The translations under genes and the position numbers were made by a program. A model generated the notes under the pieces. It made no database searches, was not told where the DNA came from, and was given only the letters and a program-made list of their open reading frames with translations. From the human T2T-CHM13v2.0 reference genome, Homo sapiens, in assembly GCF_009914755.1 (NCBI RefSeq), contig NC_060925.1: a stretch of 64,000 nucleotides of DNA; one strand, given 5' to 3'. Numbering within the stretch: position 1 is the stretch's first letter; every line of letters begins with the position of its first letter. This document shows, one piece after another, positions 40,187 to 53,128 of the stretch.

Positions 40187-40688
40187 TTTTTAAAATATTT
40201 TATTTTTTGGAGCAGTTTTAGATTCACAGCAAAATTGAGCAGAAAGAATAGAAATTTCTCATATACTCCCTGTCCCCACACATGCAAAGGCCCTCTCCAT
40301 TATCAACATCCCCACACAGAGTGGTACATTTTTTACAGCTGATGAACCTACATCAACCCATCATCACCATCCAAGCCCATAGTGTAAATTAGGATTCACT
40401 CTTGGCATCGTGCATTCTATGGGTTTGGACAAATGTATGACACGTATCCACTATTATATATCATACAGAGTATTTTCGTTCCTTAAATATCCTCTGTGCT
40501 CTGCCTCTTCATCCCTCCCGAGGACAACCCCCAGCAACTATTGACCTTTCTACTGTCTCTATAGTTCTGCTGTTTCCAGAATGTCACATAGTTGGAATCA
40601 TACAGTATGAAGGCTTTTTAGATTAGCTTCTTTAACTTAATAATCTGCAGTTAAGGTTCCTCTACATCTTTTCACGTCGTGATAGCTA
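40187..40688 (-). mobile_element. L1MC-like 3' fragment inserted in a MIR
   Basis: gcagttttagattcacagcaaaattgagcagaaag...ttccagaatgtcacatagttggaatcatacagtatg; TSD-like acactcattttt/acattcattttt; MIR continues at 40700-40860. Confidence 0.88.
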
Positions 40689-40864
40689 CATTCATTTTTC
40701 TGTGAGATTTTGGGCATATTGGTCTGTCTCTGTAAGCTTCCATTTCCTCATCTGATAGTAGTACCTATGCATAGGGTTGTGGTAAGAATAAAAACGAGGT
40801 GATATATGTAAAGTACTTGCCATAGCGCCTGGCAGGAAGAAGTACTTACTGTAGTGCCTGGCAC

Positions 40865-41930
40865 TTTGTTCACTCATTTATTCAACCAATATTTGTTGTC
40901 TGCTGCTTCAAGGTCTGTGTTGAATGCTAAGGATACAGTGTTAAACAAAACTGACATGGTTCCTGTCCTCATGGAAATTACACTCTGGAGAGAAAGGTAG
41001 AGATTTAAGCAAATAAACACACAAGTAGTCTTTCATTTTAAACCATATAATAATTTGATAAAAAAACTATTTCTAAAATAGAAAAAATGGGGAAACAGAT
41101 TTAATCTGGAGGGGTGGGGAGGGGATGCACTTAGGGAGAGCCACTCTGAAGAAGTAATATGAAGCTGAGACCTGAAAGTTGATTTGGAAATAGCCAGATG
41201 AAGCGCTTTGGGTGTGGGGGAACATGGGGAAGAGTGTCCCAGGTAAAGAGAGCAGGTCCTAAGGTAATAAAGAGCTCATTGGCCCATTAGAGGAACTGAA
41301 ACATCAGTGTGACTGGAGTGAAATGAACAAGGGGGAACAGGGTGCATATGAGTTTGGAGACATAGGCAGATCCCAGATATTGCAGGGAGTCATGGGATCT
41401 CATTGGATGCCTATTCTTAAGAGAATGAGTGGGACAGAAGACTCAAAGGAAGAATAATAAGGGAGGAGAGAAAACCAAAAGAGAGGAATAACACAGAATA
41501 AGGGGTCTAGAGGGTGGGTGGGTGAGAGAGACAGAGAGAAGAGAGAGAGACAGAGCAACAGAGAGAGACACAGTGAGACATTTTGAAAGTCAAAAACAGA
41601 GAGGTTGAGGAGGATGAGGGCTAAGCAGGACCGAAATTTAGCAAGTAAGAAGTCCTTTGAGACCTCTGAGACAGCAGGTTCAGTGCAACGGTCAAAGTGA
41701 AAGCTAGATTACAAGGAGTTAAGAAGTAGTATGTGGTGAGGAAGTAAAGGAAGAAAAGGAAGTTAGCATATTTTTTTAGAAGTATTATGATGAAGGAAAA
41801 GAGAAAGTTTGGGTGATAGCTTAAGTGAGAATTTCTTCTTTATTTTTATTTTAGATTGGAACTTTTTGGGCATTTTTCTAGGCTGAGGAGAAGGATCTAG
41901 TAGGTAAAGATTGAAGGCAGGAAGAGAAAG
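40865..41930 (-). mobile_element. L2 fragments with embedded (GA)n-rich tract at 41523-41580
   Basis: ttcactcatttattcaaccaatatttgttg (L2 tail, antisense), gaagctgagacctgaa. Confidence 0.7.
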
Positions 41931-42589
41931 GAGAACTGATTCTGCCTTCAGGAGGCCTCATTCCTGTAGTTATTTTGCCTGCAATCAGAAAGTAACAGAC
42001 TCTGGTATCATGATCGGGCCAGAGACCTAAACGATGTGCAATTTCAGTCATAGATACGGTTAATTAAAAGACTGTACAAAGTACTCCCATGGTTTTTAAA
42101 ATTAAAACTATAAATCAATATAGTAATATTTTTAATTTCTGTATTTTAAAACAACTGGCTTTTAAAGAATTTAAAGAAATTCATATTAGACATAATTAAG
42201 AATGTATTCTACTTGCACTCAAGTGCTGTTACTAGCTCCCTTAATATAATCCTGGTCTCATTTTTGCATTTGATAGAATCCTTTCTTTGTACTTACCCTG
42301 GACCATTTATTTAGGCCAAAGCCCTCTTAGGGTAGCCCCAGATTTCAGGTCAGTTTGGCATCAATGGCTCTTTCAAAGGAATTTCAGTTTTGATTTCCCA
42401 GTTGCTCATAGCTTTTCTTCTGACTGAAGAAGATGGAAAAGACATTGACCCTGCTGGGTTGATGGACTCATGGAACAAGCAAGTTTCATTTTGCCTGCCC
42501 AGTTTTCTTAACAGCTAGGAATGAGGCACATTTTCCATCTCACCTCCTCCCTTTTTCATACAGCAAAGGAAAAAAATTACTGAGTTTTA

Positions 42590-44490
42590 TTTAGTTTTTT
42601 TAAACATCAAAGTTAAATATGCACATAGTTTAAAGAATCGAATATTTCTAAATTACTAATTACAAGAAACAGCATTCCCCCACTCCACCCCTTCATTTCC
42701 CACTCCTCAGAGGAAATCACTTTCAATGCTTTCACTAAATCTTTTTTTAGGGGGAGGAGGGAAATCATTGTATCTCTAAATAGCTACTTCTTAGTTTTCT
42801 CTATTGACTTTCCACTGTGGAAGATGGGGATTCAGTTTTCGCCTCTTCCTATACCACATGGGCTTATATTTCTATGTCATTATTAAACTGACACTCAGTG
42901 TTTATATTACTATGATCAAATAAATACTATTCACACCTGTGTTGCATAATAAATTATGATCACTTTCTTCAAAACTATTTTGCTTCCTCTGGAGTTAATA
43001 ATTGTCTCATTTTTCATTTGCCTAGTTTTTCTATGCATATGCCACTAATTTAATCCATACTCCTCTGTAGTTGTTTAAGTCTCCTCTCAATATGTCCAAA
43101 CAAACTTGGTATTCCATCAGTTTCATCTGGAAGAGAGCTCTTCCAGAGCCTACTGATCTGCTCCTCTCTGGGCTAACTGACCTCTAGGCCTGCTGTGCAT
43201 CTGTCATCTTGGGACTTCCCTTTACCCACATCCTGGGGACTCTCTTCACCTCTGTGTTGAGTGCTCTGGTTCCTGAATTCCACCTCTTCCTCTTTCTTGA
43301 CTCACAACACTGTTTTGGTGGAGCACATTCTTCAGTAGTTTCCTAAGAGAGAGTGCAGGGAAGATATAGCATTTGCCATCAGTGCCCTGCCCAAATTCTC
43401 TTGGCACTTAACATCCAGGCCTTCAAAACTGCCAGCACATATGTCTGTTTGCCTGAGGGCTTTTTCTAGCTACTGAAAGTTTGCTCAGGAAGTGTTGGGG
43501 AATTAACCCCCTTTTCCCTGGGAGAGACCCTTAACCAATGACTGATGAGAGTTAGTAGATAAATATCCCAGCTTGCTCAACCATGAGGGGGTTTAACCCT
43601 GAAGCATGCTTTCTACACAGGTCTCCCAGAGTTCCCCGATGGAGTCAAGTTCCACTGGTTCACAGTAACTTGCAAGATATATTAACTTCCGTAGGATCCT
43701 TTTCTCGTTACTTTACTCCCGTACAGATGTTTACTGGGGTCATCTCCCAAATAAACTAATTTTGCTCTTATATTTTTTATTTTCCATCTGTTATCTTTCT
43801 GCTTTCCTTTCTACTTTCCAAATCTACTAAGCTTTTTTATATTTTTGCTATCATATTTAAATTTCTAAGTTTTTTTTGTTCTCTGAATGTTCCTTTTAAA
43901 ACATAGCATTCTGTTCTTATTTCATATATGCACTAGTTCTCTTATTTCTCTGGAGATATTATTAATACTTCTTGTTTTCTTTTTCTTTCAGAGATGCTGT
44001 CATTTCTGAGTTATCTTTGGAGCATTTCTCTCCAGTGTGTCAGGGTTTCAGAGAAGGCTTTCCTAACATTCAGGCTGGCTGTCAGGGTTTCCTAAGTAAG
44101 AGAAGATGGCAGAAGGCAATGGGTTTATAATCTCCTGTTTTTTCCCAGCATGTTGTCCTTTCACACAATAGTGCCTTGTCCCTTCTTTGTCTTACTCTCC
44201 CACCAGAAAAACCTCCATTCTTGGACATCGTGGGGAAGGGGCAATCCATCTAACAGCAAGAGGAAGAGGGGGCCTGGAGCTTTCATTGTTTCCTGAACTG
44301 ATTTTCAATGCAACTTACTGTTTTTAGCCACAACTTCACCCTTATTTCCAAAAGTACCTGGTGCCACCAATTGCTGAGCATTTGGGGGATTCTGAAATGT
44401 AAAGTGAGTTGCTTTACCTTTCTCATCTGCAGGCTTAGGATTCAGCTTTCTCAGGTCTCTTGATTCAGTTACCACTCATTCATCTATGTT
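42590..44490 (-). mobile_element. Old L1M(E) fragments, interrupted by LTR16
   Basis: T-rich degenerate L1 sequence, e.g. tttggtggagcacattcttcagtagtttcctaagagagagtg. Confidence 0.55.
43374..43760 (+). mobile_element. LTR16-family (ERVL) LTR
   Basis: aagtgttggggaattaac...aaccaatgactgatgagagttagtagataaatatcccagctt...tctcccagagttcccc...catctcccaaataaacta. Confidence 0.8.
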
Positions 44491-44494
44491 CTAG

Positions 44495-44811
44495 CTTTTA
44501 TTTGTTTATTTATTTATTTTTTGAGACGCAGTCTCACTCTGTCACCCAGGCTGGAGTACAGTGGTGCAATCTCGGCTAACTGCAACCCCCACCCCCGACC
44601 TTCCCAGTTCAAGTGATTCTCCTGCCTCAGCCTCCCAAGTAGCTGAGACTACAGGCACCCGCCACCATGCCCGGCTAATTTTTGTATTTTTAGTAGAGAT
44701 GGGTTTTTACCATGTTGGCCAGGCTGGTCTTGAACTCCTGACCTCAAGTGATCCACCTGCCTCAGCCTCCCAAAGTGCTGGGATTATAGGCGTGAGCCAT
44801 TGTGCCCGGCC
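44495..44811 (-). mobile_element. AluS
   Basis: TSD tatgttctagcttt/tatgttccagcttt. Confidence 0.95.
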
Positions 44812-45424
44812 TTATGTTCCAGCTTTTAAAATTATCTTTCTTACTCTTGTCCTTTTTATATTCTTTTGTCCTTGTAGGTTTCTCCTTAAAAAAAACTCAC
44901 CAAAATTCTTACTTGCTTACATATGCATAAAGAAACTCTGGAAACACGCATAAGAAAGCATAACAGTCCTTATTTCTGGACAGGGAGAAAGTGGAAACTG
45001 AGCTGATGGGAGACATATATGAGGGAAACGTTTCAGGCTGTGCCTCTTTGTATTTTTCTGGTTTTAAAACCATGTGAATGTATCACTTAATCAAAACATT
45101 AAATTTTGGTTGAGTTCTAGGAGGGAGTGGAGCATGTGTTTAATCTGCTGTCTTTAACCAGAAGTCTCAAGTATTGTTTTTCTAAATTAGCAGCTTCAAT
45201 GTTGAAACCATGAGAAGCTACCCAGCCAAAAGCCATTCCAAACAAATCCAGAGCCATAAGCAAAAATATAGACAAATTTGGCTTTGTGAAAATTAAAGAT
45301 TTATGCAAAGCAAAAACCAAAAATCAAATCAAATTTAAAAAGATCAGAAAACCAAAAACAAATTGGGAAAAAATTTTGCAACAAGTATGACAAAAGGCAA
45401 ATTTACTTTAAAATATGGAATTTT

Positions 45425-45835
<411 letters not shown>

Positions 45836-46240
45836 GATGAAGTTTTTACAAAGCAATTAAACACAGATAAAAATCCAATAGAAAACAACAGGCAAAGGAC
45901 ATGAATATACTACACAGGTGAATACTTACAAATGGCTTTTAAATACATGAAAAATGTTCAACCTCACTCATAAATTAAAGAATGAAAATCAGAACAATGA
46001 GAAAATCAGTTTTCACCTATTAGAACAGCAAAATTATAAAATCTGATAATATACACTGGTGACGTAAAGATTTGGTGGGGGGGAGTCTAAAATATTTTTA
46101 GTAGGATTAAAAATTGTTACTAAATTTGCAGTGCATTTTGGTGCTATCTATCAAAATGTTAAAGTTACATTTACCTTTTGACGCTGCAACTTCCCTATCA
46201 GACATGTATCTGCTTGCACTGGGCATTAAGACATATTTAC

Positions 46241-46343
46241 TTGCTCACTTCAGCTGCACATATGCTAAAATTGGAAGGATACAGAGAAGATTGTCATGGC
46301 CCCTGCACAAGGATGACATGCATGAAGCATTCCATATTTTTTT
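46241..46343 (+). pseudogene. U6 snRNA retropseudogene (RNU6-like)
   Basis: tgctcacttcagctgcacatatgctaaaattggaaggatacagagaagattgtcatggcccctgcacaaggatgacatg--catgaagcattccatattttt matches full-length U6 with CpG decay and a 6-nt deletion; short A tail; TSD aagacatatttac/aatacatatttac. Confidence 0.95.
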
Positions 46344-46496
46344 AAAAATACATATTTACAACGATATTCACTGCAGCATTATTTGTAGTCACAAAAACTG
46401 TAAGCAACCCAACTGCTTACAGGAGGAAATTGGCTACATAAATTACAGTATATTCATTCAGAGGGATATTAAGCAGCCAATAAAAAGAATGAGGCA

Positions 46497-46790
46497 GGCC
46501 AGGCACAGTCACTCACACTTGTAATCCCAGCACTTTGAGAGACCAAGATGGGAAGATCAGTTGAGGCCAGGAGTTCGAGACCAGCCCGGGCAACATGGCA
46601 AGGCCTGACTCTACAAAAAATAAAAAATTAGCGAGGAGTGGTGGCACGTACCTGTTGTCCCAACTACTTGGGAGGCTGAAGCAGGAGGATCCCCTGAGCT
46701 CAGGAGTTAGAGGTTGCAGTGAGCTATAATCACACCACAGCACTCTAGCGTGGGAGACAGAGCAAGACCTGTCTCTAAAAATAAAAATAA
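46497..46790 (+). mobile_element. AluJ
   Basis: ttgaggccaggagttcgag...ggaggatccc.tgagc; TSD aaaaagaatgaggca. Confidence 0.93.
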
Positions 46791-47117
46791 GAAAAAGAAT
46801 GAGGCAGCTTTATATTTATGGAATTATCTCTAACATGGAGTCTTAAGGTTACAAGCAAATTATGGAACAGTGTATATGGAGTGATCCTATTTGAGTGATT
46901 TTTTAAGTAACTTTTCTTAAATACATAGATGTGCTTGTGTACACACAAGATATCTCTGGAGGAATACATAAGAAACAAATCATTATTACTACCTCCAGAG
47001 AAGAAACTGGGAAAATAAGGGATCAACAAAGGGAAGGGGAGTTTTTTTCCCTTAAAAACATATGTGTGTGTATATATATATAATCTCCAAGTGCATGATT
47101 TTTAAAAAAATAATAGG

Positions 47118-47600
47118 TACATTAGTAAATGTTTTCGGTCGCAAGCAACAGAAACAATTTATAGTTAATCTAAGCAGTAAATGAATTTATTAAAAAATAT
47201 TAGGTAGTTCACAAGCTCTCCAGGAGGACTAGAAACCCAGGTTTAGAGGCTACATAGCCAGAAGCAACACCTAAAATTGTACTGCAGAACAATATCATGA
47301 AGTCATCAATGCCCCCACTGCATGGAAACCACTGCTCGGTGAATGCCCCAAGCCTGGATGCTGGTCCCTGCTGCTAGAACCACCAGAACCACCACCACTG
47401 TAGCATCTAAAAAATGAGTGTTGTTATTACAACTAATGCCACTCCCTGCTGCAGAACAGATTCAGCAGTCTTTGCTATTTGAGGTCACTAGCTCCTGAGT
47501 CAAAAAGCAATGCAGATCCTTATGCCTATGCATACCTGTAAGGGAAGCTGGAAAAGAAGTATCTGACATTTTCAGCTTCTAAAGTAAAAGGTTGTCCTCT
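47118..47600 (-). mobile_element. Old MLT1 (K/L-like) LTR
   Basis: ttttcggtcgcaagcaacagaaac...taagcagtaaatgaatttattaaa...gggaagctggaaaagaagtatctg. Confidence 0.7.
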
Positions 47601-49899
47601 GTATCCCATCAAGGCCTATAAAGTGATGAATGCTTCAAATATAGAGCATTTAGATAACAGAGGTGGAGAGAGAGAGAGAGAGGAAAATAAGGAAGGAAGA
47701 AGGAGTTTCACATCAGTTTTCACTTTGCTTTGGGGGAAAGTATCCTGGATGCCATATGACATACTCACTTTCCTGTGTCTTTTGCATGTACTGTTGTTAA
47801 GAATCACAGGACTTCAGAGTAGAAAGTTCCCGATAGAGGATTTAGTTCAAAAGCATTGTTTTCTAGTTGAGAAAAACAAACTCAAGTAAAGTTTGGGAAA
47901 ACTCAAGTTGCCCAAAATTACTCATAAGAGTTTCTGATTATGTGATTAGGTTCTCCCAGTCCAGGGCCCAATCCTCCATAGAATGTTCGGGTATTATTAG
48001 TACTTCAGCCAAGGCTCTAATGCAGTATCAAGATGCAGATTTGCTTCTGGTAGGGCTTCTTGAAGAAACTGGTGCTACTTATTATAAATATTATTAAACA
48101 TTTGTATAGGACTTTAATGTTTATTTTTTAAAATTTTTATTTGTAAATAGTAAAATCATTTATTTTTAAAAAACAACAAAAATATAGGAGGATTTAAAGT
48201 AAATGGTAAAATTCATACCTTCATCTTGCTTTCCTACTCCCTAGGAATAATCAGTGTTGAAAGTATGCTGAGTATCTTTCAGTTCTTTTTCTATGTGTAT
48301 GCACATATATTTGTAGGTATTTATAGACATACGCATACCACATATATAACCTTTCATATCTTGCTTTCCCACTCTACATGCATCATGGACATAACTGATA
48401 CTTGAAGTGGATTCATGCCAGTAAGTTATTGCTAGGTTGGGAAGCACCGCATGGAGACATGGTGCCTGAGGAGAGGATGTCACAAACCATGAAAGGCTTG
48501 GTGGTAAGGTGATATTTTTGGTCCAGTGAGCTTCATGGTGTCACTTGAAGTATAAATTGCCTCAGGAAGAAAACATGGGCTGCTTCAAAACATGAAAGTA
48601 ACCTCCAAAATCATCTAGCTCAACCTCATTTGTAGGTGAAGAACTATTTTTCCTGGGAGTGGGGGTGATTATGGACCTTGCCCAAGATCACCCAACCAGG
48701 ACAGTGACAGAGTTGGGATTTCTTTCTTTCTCCAAGACCCTGGCTCATTGCATTGTGTTGCATTGCTTTCTGCAAGTTTCAGAGGAGAGAGAGGGCAGTG
48801 GTTAGTTTGAAAACACACATATGCTCAGATTACATTTGATTTCTCAGACTGTAGTGCTGGGGCTCCCTGCCTGACTGTGTCCATGAGTTCTTCCATGAAG
48901 TTTTACATTTAGCTTTTCTTTTGCCCACTATATGCCTTATTGACTACCATTAACCATCTCCTTGGGGACTATGAATCTTACTTTTCAGTCTTTTTATGGC
49001 AATTTGCACTCTTTACTAACACAGCTTTATTATTTGTTCAGGTCTTGGGAGAATATTGAGTAAGACATTATATCAGATGGATGACAAAAGGAGGGGAAAA
49101 GCAAGAAAGACCACCAAGTTTACATAGATACCAAATTTATTTAATCAGGGAGGAGTCATTTAGTGCCAATGAGGGAGGGGTAGAATACACATTAGAAAAA
49201 GACACATCTTCTGCCTGTAGGAGCTTACTTTCTAGAACAGTTACCTCTAGTCTCTTTTCTTCATACCACTCCATCAAAAAAAAAAGAAAGAAAGAAAAGA
49301 AAACCAGCATACATGCCTAATAATTGCATGTTTGCTATAAATTCCATACACTCTACTGTGACATTTTAATATTAGTAAAGCCTAATTTTCTTAATATTTT
49401 AGATTAAAAAATAAATAGAAGCAAGTATTCACATATGTTTTTCTCATACCTCTATGTACCATTTTGAGCACTTCACTTTGGAGTCCAGTTTCAACAGGAG
49501 AATCAGATGCACACCCAAAATACTAGAAAGCTTGGGAGTGTGAAGAGGGCTCTAATGTCAGGGTAAGCAAAATATTCTTAGGGCATCAAGGAAGCATTGC
49601 CAGAGGAAAGGAAAGCTGAGGATATTCAAGGACTTCTGACCTACTCCGTGGGCACAGCGTCTCTGGGCTTGGACAAGGGATTAGTGCCAGGCTTGATTTC
49701 CTTGGCTGGAATCTGTACATGAAGGCTGCACATGAAGAGCCTACCTCACCCCAGAAGCATCCATTTCCTGGCACCTCAAGCATATATGGGCTTAATAAAT
49801 AACATGTCATTCCATGATGATAGGGACAGACATATTTGGCCCATAGCTTAGAGCCATCCCCAATTGTCTACACTCAATGGTGGGGCAGCAAGTACTGTG

Positions 49900-50260
49900 G
49901 ATATGGAGCTGGGAGGCTGAGCTAAATCCTAGCTATCTTACTAACCAATTGTATGACTCTAGCCCTTAAACTCTCTGAGCTTTAATTTTCTCATCTGTAA
50001 AATGGGAATGATAAATGCCTTCCAGACCTATTTACAATTTCTAACATTTGTTGAGTTTTTCAATGTGCATTACATGTATCATCTCATGAAATCCTCATGA
50101 CAAAATAATGAGGTGGAGCTATTATTGTTCCCCTTTTGCAAATGTGGAAACTAAGTTTTAGAGTAGGTAATCTGCCTACAAGTTTACACAGCTAGAATGT
50201 GCAGAGATGGGATTCTGAGGCTTGCTCAACTCTGAAGCAAATGTCCTACCCACTCTACTT
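49900..50260. mobile_element. Two MIR relics in opposite orientation
   Basis: ttttctcatctgtaaaatgggaatgataa (+) then aatcctcatgacaa...ttttgcaaatgtggaaactaag (-). Confidence 0.7.
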
Positions 50261-50376
50261 GGCTGCTGACCATGAACACACTTCATGAACTCTGAAGTAC
50301 GAACAAGGTACACAGAGTGTAAGATTTAGTCCTTGTCCTTAAGTCTAAATTCAAAATATGTTTATCTATAAAGCGT

Positions 50377-50686
50377 GTTTTTCTGTTTTTGTTTTTTTGA
50401 GATTGAGTCTCGCTCTGTCAGCCAGGCTGGAGTGCAGTGGCATGATCTCAGCTCACTGCAACATCCGCCTGCCGGGTTCAAGCAATTCTCTGCCTCAGCC
50501 TCCTGAGTAGCTGGGATTACAGGCGCCCGCCACCACACCCAGCTAATTTTTTTTTTGTTTTTATTTTTAGTAGAGATGGGGTTTCACCATATTGGCAAGG
50601 CTGGTCTTGAACTCCTGACATCATCATCCACTTACCTCAACCTCCCAAAGTGCTGGGATTACAGGTGTGAGCCACCATGCCCAGCC
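50377..50686 (-). mobile_element. AluS
   Basis: TSD tatctataaag(c/t)gt. Confidence 0.95.
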
Positions 50687-52159
50687 TATCTATAAAGTGT
50701 AAAAGTCCGACAAAGTAGGATTTGGTTAGAATGAAAAGGTGGAGAAAGAACTTCAATGTTAGTTTCCTTATCTTTAGTCCCTTACAACGGTATATGATTA
50801 CTGGAAAGAGCACTTGGTTAGCAAGAAGAAAACCAGTTCTGTCCCATACTTGCTCTCAACTTTAGGCACTTCATTTAAGCTGTTTACTCATCTATTAGGG
50901 GTCCTAATGAATGAGCTCTAGAGGGTCTTTTTGCCTGACAATCCTCAAACTCCATTCTCAAAACTTCCTGCAATCGGGAGTCTCCCTCCCCTCCATGGAG
51001 AGGGCGGGACAGAGGCATGTAGACAGGGAGGCGATCCTCAGGTCAGCTAGGGCTTACTCAAACAAGGTCCTGTGGGGGCAACAGGGAGAGTGGATGGGGA
51101 CTCAAGCCAGAGCCCTGGTGGGATGGGCCGGTAATTATAAGGAAACACTGCAGAGAAAGTTTCTGTTGTGGTTGTTCCCTTTGTTTACTTTAGGCAGTTC
51201 TGTCATTTTTTAACTGACCCTTCCCAGATGAGATAGTCAGTTTTCAGCTGGGTAAAGTCAGGGCCTTGCAACTGATGGGGTATTTGAATCCTCTGTGGCT
51301 CAGTTGCTGGAGGGAGGCCAGGGCAGCTGAAACTCCCCCGCCCTTTCAGGGAAGTGAAGCTGGGGCTACAAACTTGCTGACAGTGGCTGGTGGCCTGTAA
51401 ACCCAAACATCCTCCTCTCCTCCGTCTCGGTGTAGCAATGTGAAAAAAACAAAGCCACGAGCTTTCCAGAGCAGGGGAAGGCTCTAGCCAGATTCCCTTC
51501 CAGCTACTCCCTCCTGCACTTCGGCCCACAGCCACATGGTACAAGGTTATAGTTACAGTTGAAAACTGCTGACGTCTACTTTTTGGTTGTTGTACAAATA
51601 ATAATTAATAAAACACACACAAAAAAACACACTTTTCTTCATGGCTAAATATTCACATAGTTGATTCAAACCTAAATATGCATACTTGCTTTTCTTTTCC
51701 TGTTTTCTTAAGTTTGAATAATAGTCATGTAGCTGTTTAAGAATCAGACAGAAGGAAAACTCATCCGCTTAGTACTTTTCTTAAATTGTCCAGTTTCTTT
51801 TGGCCTCTGAATACCAGAGTCTTTTATGTGTAAGATTAGAAACATCTGGCCAGCATATCTGAGTAAGGCTGAGCTAAAGCGGGATGAAACTAGGTAGAAT
51901 GGCCTGCCTTTCTGAATTATAGAATTTTAAGCATTGATGGGACTCAAACTTACTAAATTCTACCTCTTCATTTTGCAGATGAAAAGACAGTCCCAAGAGG
52001 TTAGGATTTGCTTAATGTCACACAGCCTGCATCAGAGGTGAACCCAGAACCCAGGTCTCCATACTCCTAGTCTGGCACTGTTTTTATATATATATCCATG
52101 CTTAGAGAGGACTTGTGTATTAAAATTTTTTTATAAAAGTGCATCATCCCTGTCTTTGA

Positions 52160-52203
52160 AATTATTTTGCAATTCTTACCCAATTATTTTGCAATTCTTA
52201 CCC
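52160..52203 (+). repeat. Perfect 22-bp tandem duplication
   Basis: aattattttgcaattcttaccc x2. Confidence 0.95.
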
Positions 52204-52239
52204 ACTGTGTATATATTCTTTAGGAGAAGAGAGAGAGTT

Positions 52240-52455
52240 AATGTTCATAGAACACCTATTATGTGCCAGGTTTTTCCTACATCTTCTCATTTAATTTTCA
52301 CCATGCTATGAAGGAGGTATTATTCTACCTGTTCCACAGATGATAAAACTGAGAGGTTAGGTACACTTGCCGAAGTTCACATAACTAGGAAGTAGTGGAC
52401 TCAGGATTCAAATCCAGATCTCTCTCATCTGCAGCTCCCAGACTGTGCTACACCA
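52240..52455 (-). mobile_element. MIR SINE
   Basis: ctattatgtgccagg...acagatgataaaactgag...acttgccgaagttcacataactaggaagtagtgg...ggattcaaatccag. Confidence 0.8.
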
Positions 52456-52552
52456 CATTGCCACAGCCACTGTGCACATCACAGCTTACAGTAACATACT
52501 TTCCACTTTTCAAATTATGACCCAATTTTCATAATCACTACTTTTGTGGATG

Positions 52553-53128
52553 TATTCACTCATTCAGTAAATTATTTATTAAGCAGCTACTCTGTGCCAG
52601 GAATAGTCAAGACACTGAGGATATAGTAGTGAGCAAAATACATAAATCCTTGCTCTCATAGAGCATGGGTTACAGGGGGAGGAATAGACAACAGCCCAGA
52701 AAAATAAGTCAGGTAAAATGATAAGCGTTGGAAGAATAAAGCAAGGAAGAACAGGATATGCTAGAGGCTGAGGGATGGGAGGAAGATAGCAAGTTTAAAT
52801 ACGATTGTCAGGAAAAGAAAGTATCATTGGTTACATTTGAACAAAGATCTGAAGGCAGTGAAGGAACAAACTAATGCATATCTGGGAGAAGAGACTCTGA
52901 GGCAGAGGGAAGAGTCAAAAGTCACTGGGGCAGGAGGAGGCCTGTTATATTCAAGAAACAGTTAGGAGGCCTATATGTTCAGAATGGAGTTACAGGAAGA
53001 AAAATATCAGATGAAGTCACAGATGGAGGCCAGATGAGGTAGGGCCCAGGACTAATCAAAGACATTGGCTTTTATACTAAATGAGAAGGAGCCATGGAAA
53101 CTTTTGAGTAGTGGATGACACATTTAGG
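52553..53128 (-). mobile_element. L2 3' fragment (continues at 54670-54860 beyond the L1)
   Basis: attcactcattcagtaaattatttattaagcagctactctgtgccagg. Confidence 0.8.

Larger units (their letters stand above)
45840..47030 (+). mobile_element. Old L1M ORF2/3' relic hosting the U6 copy and an AluJ
   Basis: ggcaaaggacatgaa...acatgaaaaatgttcaacctcactcata..., gatattcactgcagcattatttgta. Confidence 0.75.
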
